Positions 50,087 through 59,534 of a DNA stretch of 64,000 bases are shown in pieces. Numbering within the stretch: the first letter of the stretch is position 1; every line of letters begins with the position of its first letter. The position numbers and the translations under genes are program-made. The notes beneath the pieces were generated by a model, which ran no database searches, was not told the origin of the DNA, and was given only the letters and a program-made list of their open reading frames with translations. Source of the stretch: Candidatus Nomurabacteria bacterium GW2011_GWD2_36_14 (GTDB taxonomy: Bacteria > Patescibacteriota > Minisyncoccia > Phycocordibacterales > UBA9973); the NCBI GenBank assembly GCA_000991405.1, contig LBRL01000001.1, positions 145,547 to 209,546 of the forward strand. Direction: 5' to 3'.

Positions 50087-50958
50087 TACTTTTTCTTAAT
50101 ATTTTTATCAACTATCAAATTATAAGTATCAGGTCTACGATTGCGCAAGAATCCCCAACTTTCTCCAATATATTCATTCATTGCCAAGTCAAGAGTAGCT
50201 ACCACTGCTTCATCTTTGCCTTTACTTGCTCTTTTGAGTATTTTACCAAATGCATCTGATACAAATGATTGACCCCAGAATAGAGATTGTCCTTCTGTAC
50301 CAGTCCTATTTACAGCTATGACAGGCAAACTGTTTGCAATAGCGTGACCACGCATGATGGTCTCCCAAGCATTGTGCCAGTCACCTTCTATTTGCTCCTC
50401 ACCTTTGATCGTGCCTATAGCGGTAGGATAGAATATCATCTCCGCACCTGATAACTTGGCCATGCGAGCGGCCTCAGGAAACCATTGGTCAAAACATATA
50501 AGTACAGCGAAAGTAATATCCTTGTGTTTGAAAAGTTGATAGCCATTGTCCCCTTCAGCAAAATAATCTTTTTCATAAAAAGATGGGTCGTGAGGAATAT
50601 GCAACTTTCTATAACTTGGTTGCACTTCACCTTTCTCATTCAAGACTACAACAGTATTAAATAATTTACCTGACTTAGATTTCTCATAAATAGGTAGAAT
50701 TATAGAACAGCCATACTTCTTGGAAATAGATCTGAAGGCTTCTGTAGAAATACCTGGAATAGTCTCTAGAAATGTTTCAACTTTTACTCCCTTTTTGTTT
50801 GGGAAGTACGGGGTCTTGTAAAGTTCCTGCAAGCAGATAATCTCTGCGTCCTTCTTGGCCACACTCTCTACCATCTTGAGAGTCTTCTTCAAGTTTAATT
50901 CTAAATTATTTGATACACTACTTTGTACCAAACCTACTTTTACTAATTTCTTTTTCAT
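50086..50958 (-). CDS. aguB: N-carbamoylputrescine amidohydrolase (nitrilase-superfamily C-N hydrolase)
   Basis: VKVGLVQ..., catalytic-Cys region AVLICFDQWFPE, and the adjacent aguA. It overlaps aguA by 1 nt. Confidence 0.75.
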   Translation of the reverse strand: MKKKLVKVGLVQSSVSNNLELNLKKTLKMVESVAKKDAEIICLQELYKTPYFPNKKGVKVETFLETIPGISTEAFRSISKKYGCSIILPIYEKSKSGKLFNTVVVLNEKGEVQPSYRKLHIPHDPSFYEKDYFAEGDNGYQLFKHKDITFAVLICFDQWFPEAARMAKLSGAEMIFYPTAIGTIKGEEQIEGDWHNAWETIMRGHAIANSLPVIAVNRTGTEGQSLFWGQSFVSDAFGKILKRASKGKDEAVVATLDLAMNEYIGESWGFLRNRRPDTYNLIVDKNIKKK

Positions 50959-50969
50959 ACCAATATTTA

Positions 50970-51992
50970 TTAGGCTAAATACTTCTCGATAAGTTCGTTG
51001 GCTTCTATCGGATTGGATTTACATTCTAGAAGTGCAGTAAGCATGAGTGGGGCAACAATAGTAGCATCGGACTCCACGACGAACATTGGAGTATCTTTGG
51101 TAAGCTTGTCCCAAGTAATCTTCTCATTTGGAGTGGCACCTGAGTACGAACCATAAGAAGTAGTAGAGTCTGAGATCTGACAGAAGTAGGCCCAAGGCTT
51201 TACTTCTTTCTGTAAGTCGTACTTTATTGAAGGAACTACGCAAATAGGAAAGTCTCCTGAGATACCTCCTCCAATCTGAAAGAATCCTACCCCTTCACCT
51301 TTCGAAAGTTCCTGATACTGATCGTAGAATGCCACCATATATTCTATACCCGACTTTACTATGTTAGGACTACATTCCTCGCTCTTCACATATGAAGCAA
51401 AAATGTTGCCAAAAGTTGAATCTTCGTGTCCTGGGACAACTATAGGAATGTTGTTCTCAGCAGCCGCTAGGAGCCAGCACTCTTCAGCCTTGCCTTCGTG
51501 CAATTCTTTGTCAATTCCTTTTATCAAATCATAGAAATACTCATGCCAGAATTTACGAGTGCCATTGGCAGTGTATTCCTTCCAGATAGGTACAATCTTC
51601 TTCTCGACAACACGGAAGGCTTCGTCCTCGGGGATACTTGTATCGGTCACACGACGCATACGATCCTGTAGTATCTTGGTATCATCTTCTTTTGTAAAGT
51701 AACGATAGTCAGGGAAATCTTTGTAACTATGGTGAGCAACGAGACGGAAAAGTGATTCCTCCAAGTTGGCCCCTGTCACAGACATACCAGATATAAGTCC
51801 AGCACGAATAGCTGGAGCTAAGGTAATGCCCATTTGAGCCGAAGACATAGCACCTCCGACAGCCCAGAACATTTTGCCTCCTTTCTCAATATGTCGCCAA
51901 TAAGCAATAGTGGCATTCTTGGTAGCACGAGAATTGAAGTTCTTATAATTCTTTAAAATAAATTCTAATGTAGGTAAATTTGTATTTTGCAT
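50970..51992 (-). CDS. Deoxyhypusine-synthase-like protein (bacterial DHS-like homospermidine synthase candidate)
   Basis: DHS fold motifs: AVGGAMSSAQMG, VTGANLEESL, QIGGGISGD, SYSGATPNEKITWDKL (compare human SGARPDEAVSWGKI). Confidence 0.7.
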   Translation of the reverse strand: MQNTNLPTLEFILKNYKNFNSRATKNATIAYWRHIEKGGKMFWAVGGAMSSAQMGITLAPAIRAGLISGMSVTGANLEESLFRLVAHHSYKDFPDYRYFTKEDDTKILQDRMRRVTDTSIPEDEAFRVVEKKIVPIWKEYTANGTRKFWHEYFYDLIKGIDKELHEGKAEECWLLAAAENNIPIVVPGHEDSTFGNIFASYVKSEECSPNIVKSGIEYMVAFYDQYQELSKGEGVGFFQIGGGISGDFPICVVPSIKYDLQKEVKPWAYFCQISDSTTSYGSYSGATPNEKITWDKLTKDTPMFVVESDATIVAPLMLTALLECKSNPIEANELIEKYLA

Positions 51993-52031
51993 ATTTTTAA
52001 TTCTTAATTATTAATTCTTAATTAAATTATA

Positions 52032-53417
52032 CTACCATCCGAAATTTTTCCCAATATCTTCTGGGGATTCATGCTTACGAGCAACTACTATATGCCCATT
52101 TTCAGCTACTATTTTCATAGGGGAAGAAAGCATACAGTGCTGAGCAGCGAGCGAAGTCTGATAAGCTCCAGTATCGTAGACTACTATGTACATAGGCTCT
52201 CCATCGCCATTGTTGGAATTGTAATCTGGAAGTGTAACTGACCCATCAACTCCAGTATATATATCGTCGGAGTCACAAGAAGAACCAGCTAGCCATACAT
52301 CTGTAAGTTCTCCGTCTCTTTTGTTGTTCACAGGAGAAATAGCCCACTTCTGACCTATAGACCAAGTATCAAGCAGATCGTTCATGAAGCTTCCATCGAT
52401 AACATACCACTTCTTTGCGGGACTCTTTTTATTTGAAATTCTCTTCGTGTCAATAACTTTAAATACTGAAATCTGTGCTGGTGCCACTATGTAGCGACCC
52501 CATTCGCAAACCAAGTTTGGATGTGGAAGTTCCCTCTTCTCTGATTCTTTCTTTATAAGTTCAAGAATTTTTTCCATTAATTTATCTACTGGGTAACCTT
52601 TCGTCCTCATATAAGGTATTGGCATACCTCCACCAATATCGAGAGTATCAAGGGATGGATTCTTCTCTTTAAGTTTAAAGAAGACATCAAGAGCATACTT
52701 TATAGGGCCAAGTACATCAGATAATTTTTCAATTTGTGAACCGATGTGATAGTGAAGAATTTTCAAATTCTTAAATGAACCCATTTCCAGAATTTCTTTT
52801 GCAGAAAATCCAAAACGATCTATTGGCTTATTCCAATAAGAGCTTGCTTTGATAGGCATATCTAAACGAATCCCAACATCAAATTTAGAATATTGTAAAA
52901 ATTTAAGTTCATTGGGCCCTTCAATAAGTGGAAAGATTTTAACACCTTTATGTTGAAGATCATCGATAAGATTTATATAATTGTCAGTCTTAGGTCCTGA
53001 GCAAAGAATACGAATGTTTGGATTGAAAGTTTCTTGTTCGAGCATTTTCTTCACAAGCCAAAGTTCGTTATATGAAGAAGTCTCAAGATGTGCACCCTCA
53101 CCAACGATAGACATCACTATCTCCTTACTCTGGTTCACCTTCATAGGATAATGATAGAAGAATTTACCTTTATAACCCACTTTCTTCGAAAGTGCAGCTG
53201 TAAGGTCTAGGAAGTCTTCAAGCCTTTCCTCAATGACAAAAGGCATCAGTATCTCTAATGATGTTCCGAACTTTTCTGCTAAATATTTAACATTGTATAT
53301 ATTGTGGCCTTCCTTTATGATTAAATCTCCTTCTTTATTAAAATCAAAGTATTGAGTGTTGAAATCATTTATACCGAGCTTCCATAACTTTTTGGAAGCA
53401 ATTGAACGTTTTGTCAT
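52032..53417 (-). CDS. PLP-dependent Orn/DAP/Arg decarboxylase (alanine-racemase fold); arginine decarboxylase by context
   Basis: YPMKVNQ (PLP Lys), LDIGGGMPIPY, SSCDSDD (catalytic Cys). It is the first gene of the ADC/AguA/AguB operon. Confidence 0.6.
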   Translation of the reverse strand: MTKRSIASKKLWKLGINDFNTQYFDFNKEGDLIIKEGHNIYNVKYLAEKFGTSLEILMPFVIEERLEDFLDLTAALSKKVGYKGKFFYHYPMKVNQSKEIVMSIVGEGAHLETSSYNELWLVKKMLEQETFNPNIRILCSGPKTDNYINLIDDLQHKGVKIFPLIEGPNELKFLQYSKFDVGIRLDMPIKASSYWNKPIDRFGFSAKEILEMGSFKNLKILHYHIGSQIEKLSDVLGPIKYALDVFFKLKEKNPSLDTLDIGGGMPIPYMRTKGYPVDKLMEKILELIKKESEKRELPHPNLVCEWGRYIVAPAQISVFKVIDTKRISNKKSPAKKWYVIDGSFMNDLLDTWSIGQKWAISPVNNKRDGELTDVWLAGSSCDSDDIYTGVDGSVTLPDYNSNNGDGEPMYIVVYDTGAYQTSLAAQHCMLSSPMKIVAENGHIVVARKHESPEDIGKNFGW

Positions 53418-53525
53418 TTCATTTTACCAAACCATCTGCACCTCAAAACTTCTCTTGGTACTTAGGCCTGTAATAAACATAATAATAGAATATATCATAA
53501 CAAAATGAACGAATTTGTAAAGAAA

Positions 53526-53556
53526 AACCAGATAGGGGTTGAGCCCCTATCTGGTT
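53526..53556 (-). terminator. Hairpin aaccagatagggg-ttgag-cccctatctggtt after dnaJ
   Basis: 13-bp stem. On the minus strand it is followed by uuuuucuuu. Confidence 0.7.
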
Positions 53557-54643
53557 AGATTCCATCTTCTTTTAGTTTTTCAATAGACTCTTTTGCTTTA
53601 CGGGAAAGTTTGGATGGCATAGTGACGTGAATACGGATGATGGTATCGCCTTTACCGTGAGTAGTCGGCACACCTTTGCCTTTGACTCGAAGCATCTCGC
53701 CGTTGTTTATGCCTTCGGGAATTTTGACTTCCATGTTTTTACCATCCAAAGTTTTTAAATCATAATTCATTCCCAGAAGTGCATCCGTGAGCTTTATGTT
53801 CAAATCCATCATCAAGTTCTGCCCTTCACGAGTATACACAGGGTGCGACTTCACATTGAGCTTCACGTACAAATCTCCGGCTTCTCCTCCTTGTATAGCT
53901 TCGCCTCTCCCACGTACACGAAGAGTCTCAGCATTATTTATACCAGATGGAATATTTAGACTTATCTCTTCATCTTTCCTTACTACGCCAGTACCCTTAC
54001 AGTTACTACACTTTTCAGAAGGAACTTTCCCTTTTCCAAAACAAGTCTCGCAAGTTTTCGTAGTTGCAAAGTTGCCAAGTATAGAACGGCGAACCTCTCG
54101 TACTTGTCCTTGCCCATCGCAAGTACTACAAGTATTCATTTTAGTACCAACTTTCGCCCCTGTACCAGTACAAATATTACAGACTGATTGTTTATTTATT
54201 TTTATATTTTTATCTACACCAAAGATAGCTTCTTCGAAAGACAAATTTACTTCTGTTTGTATGTCTCTGCCTTTCTTAACTTTTTGACTACGCCCCATAC
54301 CCCCACCAAAAAAGTCTCCAAAGATGTCTCCCAAGTTACCCATATCAAACTCTACTCCACCATTTTGCCCGGTGAAGTCGAATCCTCCGAAGCCTCCCTG
54401 CCCTCCGAATCCTCCACCACCAAAACCCTGAGGACCGTCGGCGTTGCCAAATTGATCGAAAGAGGCTCTCTTCTTGTCATCCGAAAGGACTTGATACGCT
54501 TCATTTATTTCTTTAAATTTTTTATCATCTCCTTTATTTTTATCTGGATGATGAGCATGAGCCAGCTTATGGAAAGCTTTCTTTATTTCTTCCTTGGAAG
54601 CATTTTTATTTACTCCTAATGTTTTGTAATAATCTTTGGGCAT
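53555..54643 (-). CDS. dnaJ: Chaperone DnaJ
   Basis: J-domain DYYKTLGV...HPDKN, G/F region, four CxxCxGxG zinc repeats. Confidence 0.9.
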   Translation of the reverse strand: MPKDYYKTLGVNKNASKEEIKKAFHKLAHAHHPDKNKGDDKKFKEINEAYQVLSDDKKRASFDQFGNADGPQGFGGGGFGGQGGFGGFDFTGQNGGVEFDMGNLGDIFGDFFGGGMGRSQKVKKGRDIQTEVNLSFEEAIFGVDKNIKINKQSVCNICTGTGAKVGTKMNTCSTCDGQGQVREVRRSILGNFATTKTCETCFGKGKVPSEKCSNCKGTGVVRKDEEISLNIPSGINNAETLRVRGRGEAIQGGEAGDLYVKLNVKSHPVYTREGQNLMMDLNIKLTDALLGMNYDLKTLDGKNMEVKIPEGINNGEMLRVKGKGVPTTHGKGDTIIRIHVTMPSKLSRKAKESIEKLKEDGI

Positions 54644-54823
54644 AGTTTATATATTAGCATAAAATTAAATGAGAACTATTTTTATCCAGCCTAAATGCGA
54701 ATTCTCAAATAGTCTCTGAAAAATGCCTTTCGCAGACCGACGGGGCGAGAAGAGCAAAATCTCAGCAGAGATTTATGTGTGCATTTTGAAGAGAGCTATT
54801 TGAGAAGAAGCATCGGAATAAAA

Positions 54824-56716
54824 TTATTTCTGTTCTGGATTCTCGTTTACCTCTGCGTCCTTTATTTCAGGACCTTGCTCTTCTGGAGGTTTGGCTTCCT
54901 CTTTAGGAGCTTCGTTCGCCTTGCTCATGGCTTCGCCAATTTTCGACATTTCATTTGAAAGTTCTTCTGTTGCTTTCTTTATAGCTTCCATGTCGTTGCC
55001 TTCTTTTGCAGTTTTTAACGCAGTTATTTTATTTTCAATTTCTGTTTTTATCTCTGGAGTAATTTTATCGCCGTACTCTTTGACAGACTTCTCTGCTGTG
55101 AAGATCATCATTTCAGCTGTATTTTTATGATCAGCTAATTCTTTCTTCTTGGCATCTTCTTCGGCGTGAGCTTCGGCTTCATCACGCATCTTCTTGATAT
55201 CTGCTTCTGTAAGTCCTGATGAAGCTTCAATACGAATAGACTGTACTTTGCCCGAAGCTTTATCCATAGCTTTTACATTTAAGATTCCATTGGCATCTAC
55301 ATCGAAAGTAACTTCCACTTGAGGAATACCGCGTGGTGAAGGTGGAATACCATCTAAGATGAATCTACCAAGAGACTTGTTGTCGCTTGCCATAGGACGC
55401 TCACCTTGAGTGATGTGTATTTCTACACTTGTCTGATTGTCGGCAGCAGTTGAGAATATCTGTGACTTTGATGAAGGTATGGTTGTGTTGCGTTCTACAA
55501 GCTTGGTAGCAACCCCTCCAAGAGTTTCAATACCAAGAGATAGCGGAATGACATCAAGGAGAAGTACATCGCGTACGTCGCCTTGTAGGACTCCAGCTTG
55601 GACAGCAGCACCGAGAGCTACAACTTCATCTGGGTTAATAGAACGATTTGGTTCCTTGTTAAATAACTTTTTAACTTCTTCGACAATTTTAGGCATTCTT
55701 GTCTGTCCTCCAACTAAGATGATTTCATTGATCTCATTCATTTTAAATGGAGAAGCTTCTACTGCTCTTTTTGTAATTTCAATAGAGCGAGTGACGTACT
55801 CTTCTGCAAGAGACTCAAGTACTGCACGAGACATCTTCAAAAGTAAATGCTTGGGACCAGAAGCATCTGAAGTGATAAATGGAATATTAATTTCTGAATC
55901 TGTTGTTGTTGAAAGTTCATGTTTTGTCTTCTCAGCAGCCTCCTTTAGACGTTGAAGTGCAAGGACATCCTTAGTAACGTCAATACCTGACTCCTTCTTG
56001 TATTCATCGGCAATCCACTTCACAATCTTCTGGTCGATATCTTCACCTCCCATGTGCGAGTCGCCGTCTGTAGATTTCACTTCGATAACATCATCACCAA
56101 CTTCTAGAACTGACACGTCGAACGTTCCTCCTCCAAAGTCGTAAACAACTATCTTCTCATTCTTCTTTGTATTGAATCCATAAGCAAGAGCGGCCGCAGT
56201 AGGTTCATTGATAATACGCTTTACATCAAGTCCTGCAATGATTCCGGCATCCTTTGTTGCTTTTCTTTGAGCATCGTTGAAATATGCAGGTACTGTAATG
56301 ACTGCTTCGGTAATCTTCTCGCCGAGTTTTGCTTCTACATCTGCCTTAATCTTACTTAAAATCATTGCAGAAATTTCTTCTGGGCGTAGCCAACTATCTC
56401 CAATCTTTGTTTCTACTCCACCTGTACTTCCTTTCTGAATTTTATAAGGAATAGTCTTCTCATCTTTTTGTATTTCTGGATCATCGTACATGTGACCGAT
56501 GAATCTCTTAATACCGTAAACAGTATTTTCGGGATTTGTCACTGCCTGACGCTTCGCTAGAAGACCCACCATACGATCACCATTCTTGGTAATTGCTACT
56601 ACAGAAGGAGTTGTACGTGCACCCTCAATATTCTCAATAATTTTTGGTTGACCACCTTCAATGATAGCTACTGCACTATTTGTTGTACCCAAATCGATAC
56701 CTATAATTTTACTCAT
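54824..56716 (-). CDS. dnaK: Chaperone DnaK (Hsp70)
   Basis: [23 protein letters not shown], 630 aa. Confidence 0.95.
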   Translation of the reverse strand: MSKIIGIDLGTTNSAVAIIEGGQPKIIENIEGARTTPSVVAITKNGDRMVGLLAKRQAVTNPENTVYGIKRFIGHMYDDPEIQKDEKTIPYKIQKGSTGGVETKIGDSWLRPEEISAMILSKIKADVEAKLGEKITEAVITVPAYFNDAQRKATKDAGIIAGLDVKRIINEPTAAALAYGFNTKKNEKIVVYDFGGGTFDVSVLEVGDDVIEVKSTDGDSHMGGEDIDQKIVKWIADEYKKESGIDVTKDVLALQRLKEAAEKTKHELSTTTDSEINIPFITSDASGPKHLLLKMSRAVLESLAEEYVTRSIEITKRAVEASPFKMNEINEIILVGGQTRMPKIVEEVKKLFNKEPNRSINPDEVVALGAAVQAGVLQGDVRDVLLLDVIPLSLGIETLGGVATKLVERNTTIPSSKSQIFSTAADNQTSVEIHITQGERPMASDNKSLGRFILDGIPPSPRGIPQVEVTFDVDANGILNVKAMDKASGKVQSIRIEASSGLTEADIKKMRDEAEAHAEEDAKKKELADHKNTAEMMIFTAEKSVKEYGDKITPEIKTEIENKITALKTAKEGNDMEAIKKATEELSNEMSKIGEAMSKANEAPKEEAKPPEEQGPEIKDAEVNENPEQK

Positions 56717-56749
56717 ATGTTTTTTATAATTAATTAATAATAATTTTAA

Positions 56750-56828
56750 CGTAGCAGAGATATTAAAATTTTTATCAGCGTCGGAGCCCTTTAGGGTAAA
56801 GCTGTGAAAATTTTAATATTTCTGCGAA
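56750..56828 (+). repeat. CGAAG-bracketed covarying hairpin element, copy 3 (apex 56780..56802), in the dnaK leader
   Basis: CGtAG at 56750-56754 and CGAAG at 56824-56828. Arms cagagatattaaaatttttatcagc / gctgtgaaaattttaatatttctg pair with one G-T. The element lies 32 nt upstream of the dnaK ATG. Confidence 0.8.
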
Positions 56829-56857
56829 GTTAATTTATACTTTTAAACACTCTTCTT

Positions 56858-56885
56858 ATTATATACTAACTTTAATTTTTGACAA
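56858..56885 (-). promoter_or_regulatory. Candidate dnaK promoter (-35 TTGTCA, 16-nt spacer, -10 TATAAT)
   Basis: Minus strand reads cTTGTCAaaaattaaagttagtaTATAATaag, so the transcript would begin just upstream of hairpin copy 3. Confidence 0.5.
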
Positions 56886-56910
56886 GTATTTAGCGACCGC
56901 TAAATACTTG
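56883..56910. promoter_or_regulatory. Perfect inverted repeat CAAGTATTTAGCG-ac-CGCTAAATACTTG (candidate operator)
   Basis: 13-bp arms with a 2-nt spacer. It overlaps the -35 of the dnaK promoter and abuts the -35 of the divergent regulator-gene promoter. Confidence 0.55.
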
Positions 56911-56939
56911 TTGAATATTATATACACATATGATATACT
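56911..56939 (+). promoter_or_regulatory. Candidate promoter of the PaaX-like regulator gene (-35 TTGAAT, 17-nt spacer, -10 TATACT)
   Basis: TTGAATattatatacacatatgaTATACT, ending 9 nt before the ATG at 56949. Confidence 0.45.
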
Positions 56940-56948
56940 GTCAATACC

Positions 56949-57473
56949 ATGAAAAAGCGTGATTTTTCAAAGAAAATTATAAAAATCCTATCCGAAAGAC
57001 CTGCTGTTTCTGTGCCAGAATTGGAGGAGAGGATTGTATTGAATAAAGATAGTCAATACGCTCTAAATCGCTCCATAAAGGGTCTAAAGGACGCAGGATT
57101 GATAGAAAGTATATACTCAGGTCAAAACCAATATACAAAGCTCACAAAAGAAGGTAAAAAACGAGCAAATAGTTTAAAACTTGAATGTGAGAATACTCTT
57201 ATTAGCAACACCTGGGACGGATTTTGGAGAATAATTCTGCTTGATATGCCTGAGGATAGAAAAAGTGAACGGGAAGCACTTCGCTACTTACTCAAGAAAG
57301 CAGGCTTCGCCTGCTTAAAGAACTCTGTCTGGATATCTATGTACCCTTTCGAACATCTATTCACAAATATAAAAAAGGATTTAAATTTATCTACTGAACT
57401 TATAATTATAGTCACTGACAAAATCGACAAAGAAACAGAAAAAGAATTCTTTAGCTTATGCCAAAAGGTGTGA
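56949..57473 (+). CDS. Short PaaX-like winged-helix transcriptional regulator
   Basis: N-terminal wHTH (KIIKILSERPAVSVPELEERIV). The C-terminus, WDGFWRIILLDMPEDRKSEREALRYLLKKAGFACLKNSVWIS, matches the PaaX_C pattern (W-G-W...LP...R...LR..L...GFG.L...VW.S). Confidence 0.45.
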   Translation: MKKRDFSKKIIKILSERPAVSVPELEERIVLNKDSQYALNRSIKGLKDAGLIESIYSGQNQYTKLTKEGKKRANSLKLECENTLISNTWDGFWRIILLDMPEDRKSEREALRYLLKKAGFACLKNSVWISMYPFEHLFTNIKKDLNLSTELIIIVTDKIDKETEKEFFSLCQKV

Positions 57474-57602
57474 ACCTTAAGGTCTTGCATAAAATAGCTC
57501 TCCTCGAAGGGTCCGCATAATTTCTTGCTAGAAATTTGCTCATTGCTCGGTCCGTCGACCTCCGCCGGCCCCTTCTCAGAGACTATTTTATTACAGACCA
57601 AC

Positions 57603-58289
57603 CTATTTCTTATATTCGTAAATAGTTACTTTCGCTGGGCGGATGACGCGCTCACCAATTTTGTAACCCACTTGTAAGACTTTCTCTACAGTGTGATCTT
57701 TCTTTTCATCATCAGTATTTACAATACTTATAGACTGATGAATACTGGGATCGAAAGGCACTTCTATCTTATCTATCTTTTCAATGCCAGATTTTTCTAA
57801 GCCAGAAAGAAGTTGCTGGTAGATAGAAGTGATGCCATCTTGCCAATCTTTGTCTATTTTCTCCCAATGTTCTTTATTTGAAAATGCCATTTCGAAGCTA
57901 TCAAGAGCCGGAAGCAACTTCTCTACCATTTTTTCTTTAGTTAAAATAGATATATTCGTACGGGCTAGATCAAGCTCTTTCTGCAAGTTCACATAGTCAG
58001 CCTTGGCTCTCTGCCAACCAGTCAAATACTCCTCCTTTTCTTGGCGACAAACTTTCAAATCTTCACGAATTTTCTTAGTCACATCTTTAGATGATAAGTC
58101 TTCTCCATCTTCTGTAGTTTCTACATAAGTCATTTCTGGTTCACCATGTATACCATTGGCTGTGGCAAAGGGTTCATAATGATCTGTTATAGACTTCTCA
58201 TCTGGGACGATAAGAGGCACTTCTTTGGAATTATTAACCTGGTCTTCTATAGGAGCACCTTCACTATATATTATTTCTTCATCTTTCAT
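57603..58289 (-). CDS. grpE: Nucleotide exchange factor GrpE
   Basis: Long N-terminal helix (LQKELDLARTNISILTKEKMVEKLLPALDSFE) and a C-terminal beta domain (DPSIHQSISIV...VLQVGYKIGERVIRPAKVTI). Confidence 0.85.
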   Translation of the reverse strand: MKDEEIIYSEGAPIEDQVNNSKEVPLIVPDEKSITDHYEPFATANGIHGEPEMTYVETTEDGEDLSSKDVTKKIREDLKVCRQEKEEYLTGWQRAKADYVNLQKELDLARTNISILTKEKMVEKLLPALDSFEMAFSNKEHWEKIDKDWQDGITSIYQQLLSGLEKSGIEKIDKIEVPFDPSIHQSISIVNTDDEKKDHTVEKVLQVGYKIGERVIRPAKVTIYEYKK

Positions 58290-58303
58290 GCTCTTATCTT
58301 ATA

Positions 58304-58335
58304 CAAAAATACAAACTTTTTCAAGTTTGTATTTT
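58304..58335 (-). terminator. Hairpin aaaaatacaaact-ttttc-aagtttgtattttt between rpsI and grpE
   Basis: 13-bp AT-rich stem with flanking A/T tracts. Confidence 0.45.
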
Positions 58336-58355
58336 TTAAAAATATCTTTAGTATT

Positions 58356-58781
58356 TTAACGTTTACTCCATTGTGGGGATTTGCGGGCCTTCTTAAGTCC
58401 GAATTTCTTTCTTTCAACAACACGCGGATCACGCTTGAGCATTTTAGCTTTCTTTAGACTAGAACGTAGTTCTGCATCATATAGAACCAATGCACGTGAG
58501 ATACCATGACGAACTGCTTCGGCTTGAGCATGCGAACCTCCACCCTTGGTAGTTGCTACTACTTCAAACTTCTCTGCTGGTGTTGCAGTTTCAAATGCAC
58601 CTGTAACTATCTTCTTTAATTCTGGGGTTGCAAAGTATTCTGTAAAATCTTTACCATTTACTTTATAAGTGGTCTTGGTGGCCTTATATAAACGTACCAC
58701 AGCTACAGCAGTCTTTCTGCGACCTATAGCTCTGAAATATTCTTTACCTTTCTCTTTTGTTGTTATTTTTTTCTCAGCCAT
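58356..58781 (-). CDS. rpsI: 30S ribosomal protein S9
   Basis: GGGSHAQAEAVRHGISRAL...KKFGLKKARKSPQWSKR. Confidence 0.9.
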   Translation of the reverse strand: MAEKKITTKEKGKEYFRAIGRRKTAVAVVRLYKATKTTYKVNGKDFTEYFATPELKKIVTGAFETATPAEKFEVVATTKGGGSHAQAEAVRHGISRALVLYDAELRSSLKKAKMLKRDPRVVERKKFGLKKARKSPQWSKR

Positions 58782-58787
58782 AATATA

Positions 58788-59138
58788 TTATTCAGTTATT
58801 GTTAAACGTTTCATCATTAATGGTCTTAGTTTGTTTGATGGTAGCATTCCGTAGACTGCAAGTTCATAAAGCCCTATCCAACCCTTCTTCTCTATGATCT
58901 TGGCATTGGTCTTCTGCTTGAATCCTCCTGGCTGACCTGAGTAAGTCTCGTGAAGAGTTTCCTTGAGTCTCTTCTCTGTGACTTTCGTCTTGGATGCATT
59001 CTTGATATAAACGCGAACATCTGAAACTTTGTTTGCAACGTAGGAAGGATCTGTCTTGCCCATAAGAGCCTTGGCAGCTGCACTTGCTACGCGTCCCAAT
59101 ACTTTCCCAGTCGCATCTATTGTATGTACTTTAGTCAT
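58788..59138 (-). CDS. rplM: 50S ribosomal protein L13
   Basis: MTKVHTIDATGKVLGRVASAAAKALMGK. The track ORF starts at 59156 and would overlap rplQ; ATG at 59138 is preferred. Confidence 0.8.
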   Translation of the reverse strand: MTKVHTIDATGKVLGRVASAAAKALMGKTDPSYVANKVSDVRVYIKNASKTKVTEKRLKETLHETYSGQPGGFKQKTNAKIIEKKGWIGLYELAVYGMLPSNKLRPLMMKRLTITE

Positions 59139-59142
59139 AATA

Positions 59143-59499
59143 TTATATAAATTCAATTACTGCCATCTTGCTTGCATCCCCACCAGCACGAGCTCCTAGC
59201 TTCGTGATGCGTGTGTAGCCTCCAGTACGACCCTTGTACTTTGGAGCAATGGTGTCAATTAATTTGGTTGCTTCTGCTGTCAATCCATATAAACGTGCAA
59301 TTACAAGTCTACGTGAGGCTAGAGTACCAACGTTGGCTTTCGTAATAAGCTTCTCAATCATAGGGCGAAGTTCCTTGGCTTTAGCTTCACTTGTTTCTAT
59401 ACGTTCATGAGCAATAAGTGCCAACATAAGACCTTTCATTAAGGCATGTCTCTGATTCTTATTTCTCCCAAATTTTCTTACATTATTTCCGTGTCTCAT
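59143..59499 (-). CDS. rplQ: 50S ribosomal protein L17
   Basis: MRHGNNVRKFGRNKNQRHALMKGL... Confidence 0.9.
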   Translation of the reverse strand: MRHGNNVRKFGRNKNQRHALMKGLMLALIAHERIETSEAKAKELRPMIEKLITKANVGTLASRRLVIARLYGLTAEATKLIDTIAPKYKGRTGGYTRITKLGARAGGDASKMAVIEFI

Positions 59500-59534
59500 A
59501 TGTTAATTCTTAATTATTAATTCCTAATTCTTAA

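Noticed and set aside
56883-56910. CIRCE (HrcA) or HAIR (HspR) operator upstream of dnaK
   Set aside because: The palindrome's arms and 2-nt spacer do not match the CIRCE 9-nt-spacer consensus or HAIR. It is treated instead as a distinct candidate operator.
57478-57600. GC-richer convergent intergenic patch (…ggtccgtcgacc…gccggcc…) considered as a small RNA such as SRP/4.5S RNA
   Set aside because: It has a couple of short hairpins, but I could not find the conserved SRP domain IV motifs or a convincing long helix. The evidence is insufficient to call an ncRNA.
57284-57601. 105-aa minus-strand ORF between grpE and the PaaX-like gene
   Set aside because: Its C-terminal half is antisense to the PaaX-like coding region. 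Only the N-terminal ~40 codons fall in the 120-bp GC-richer convergent spacer, so it is likely spurious.
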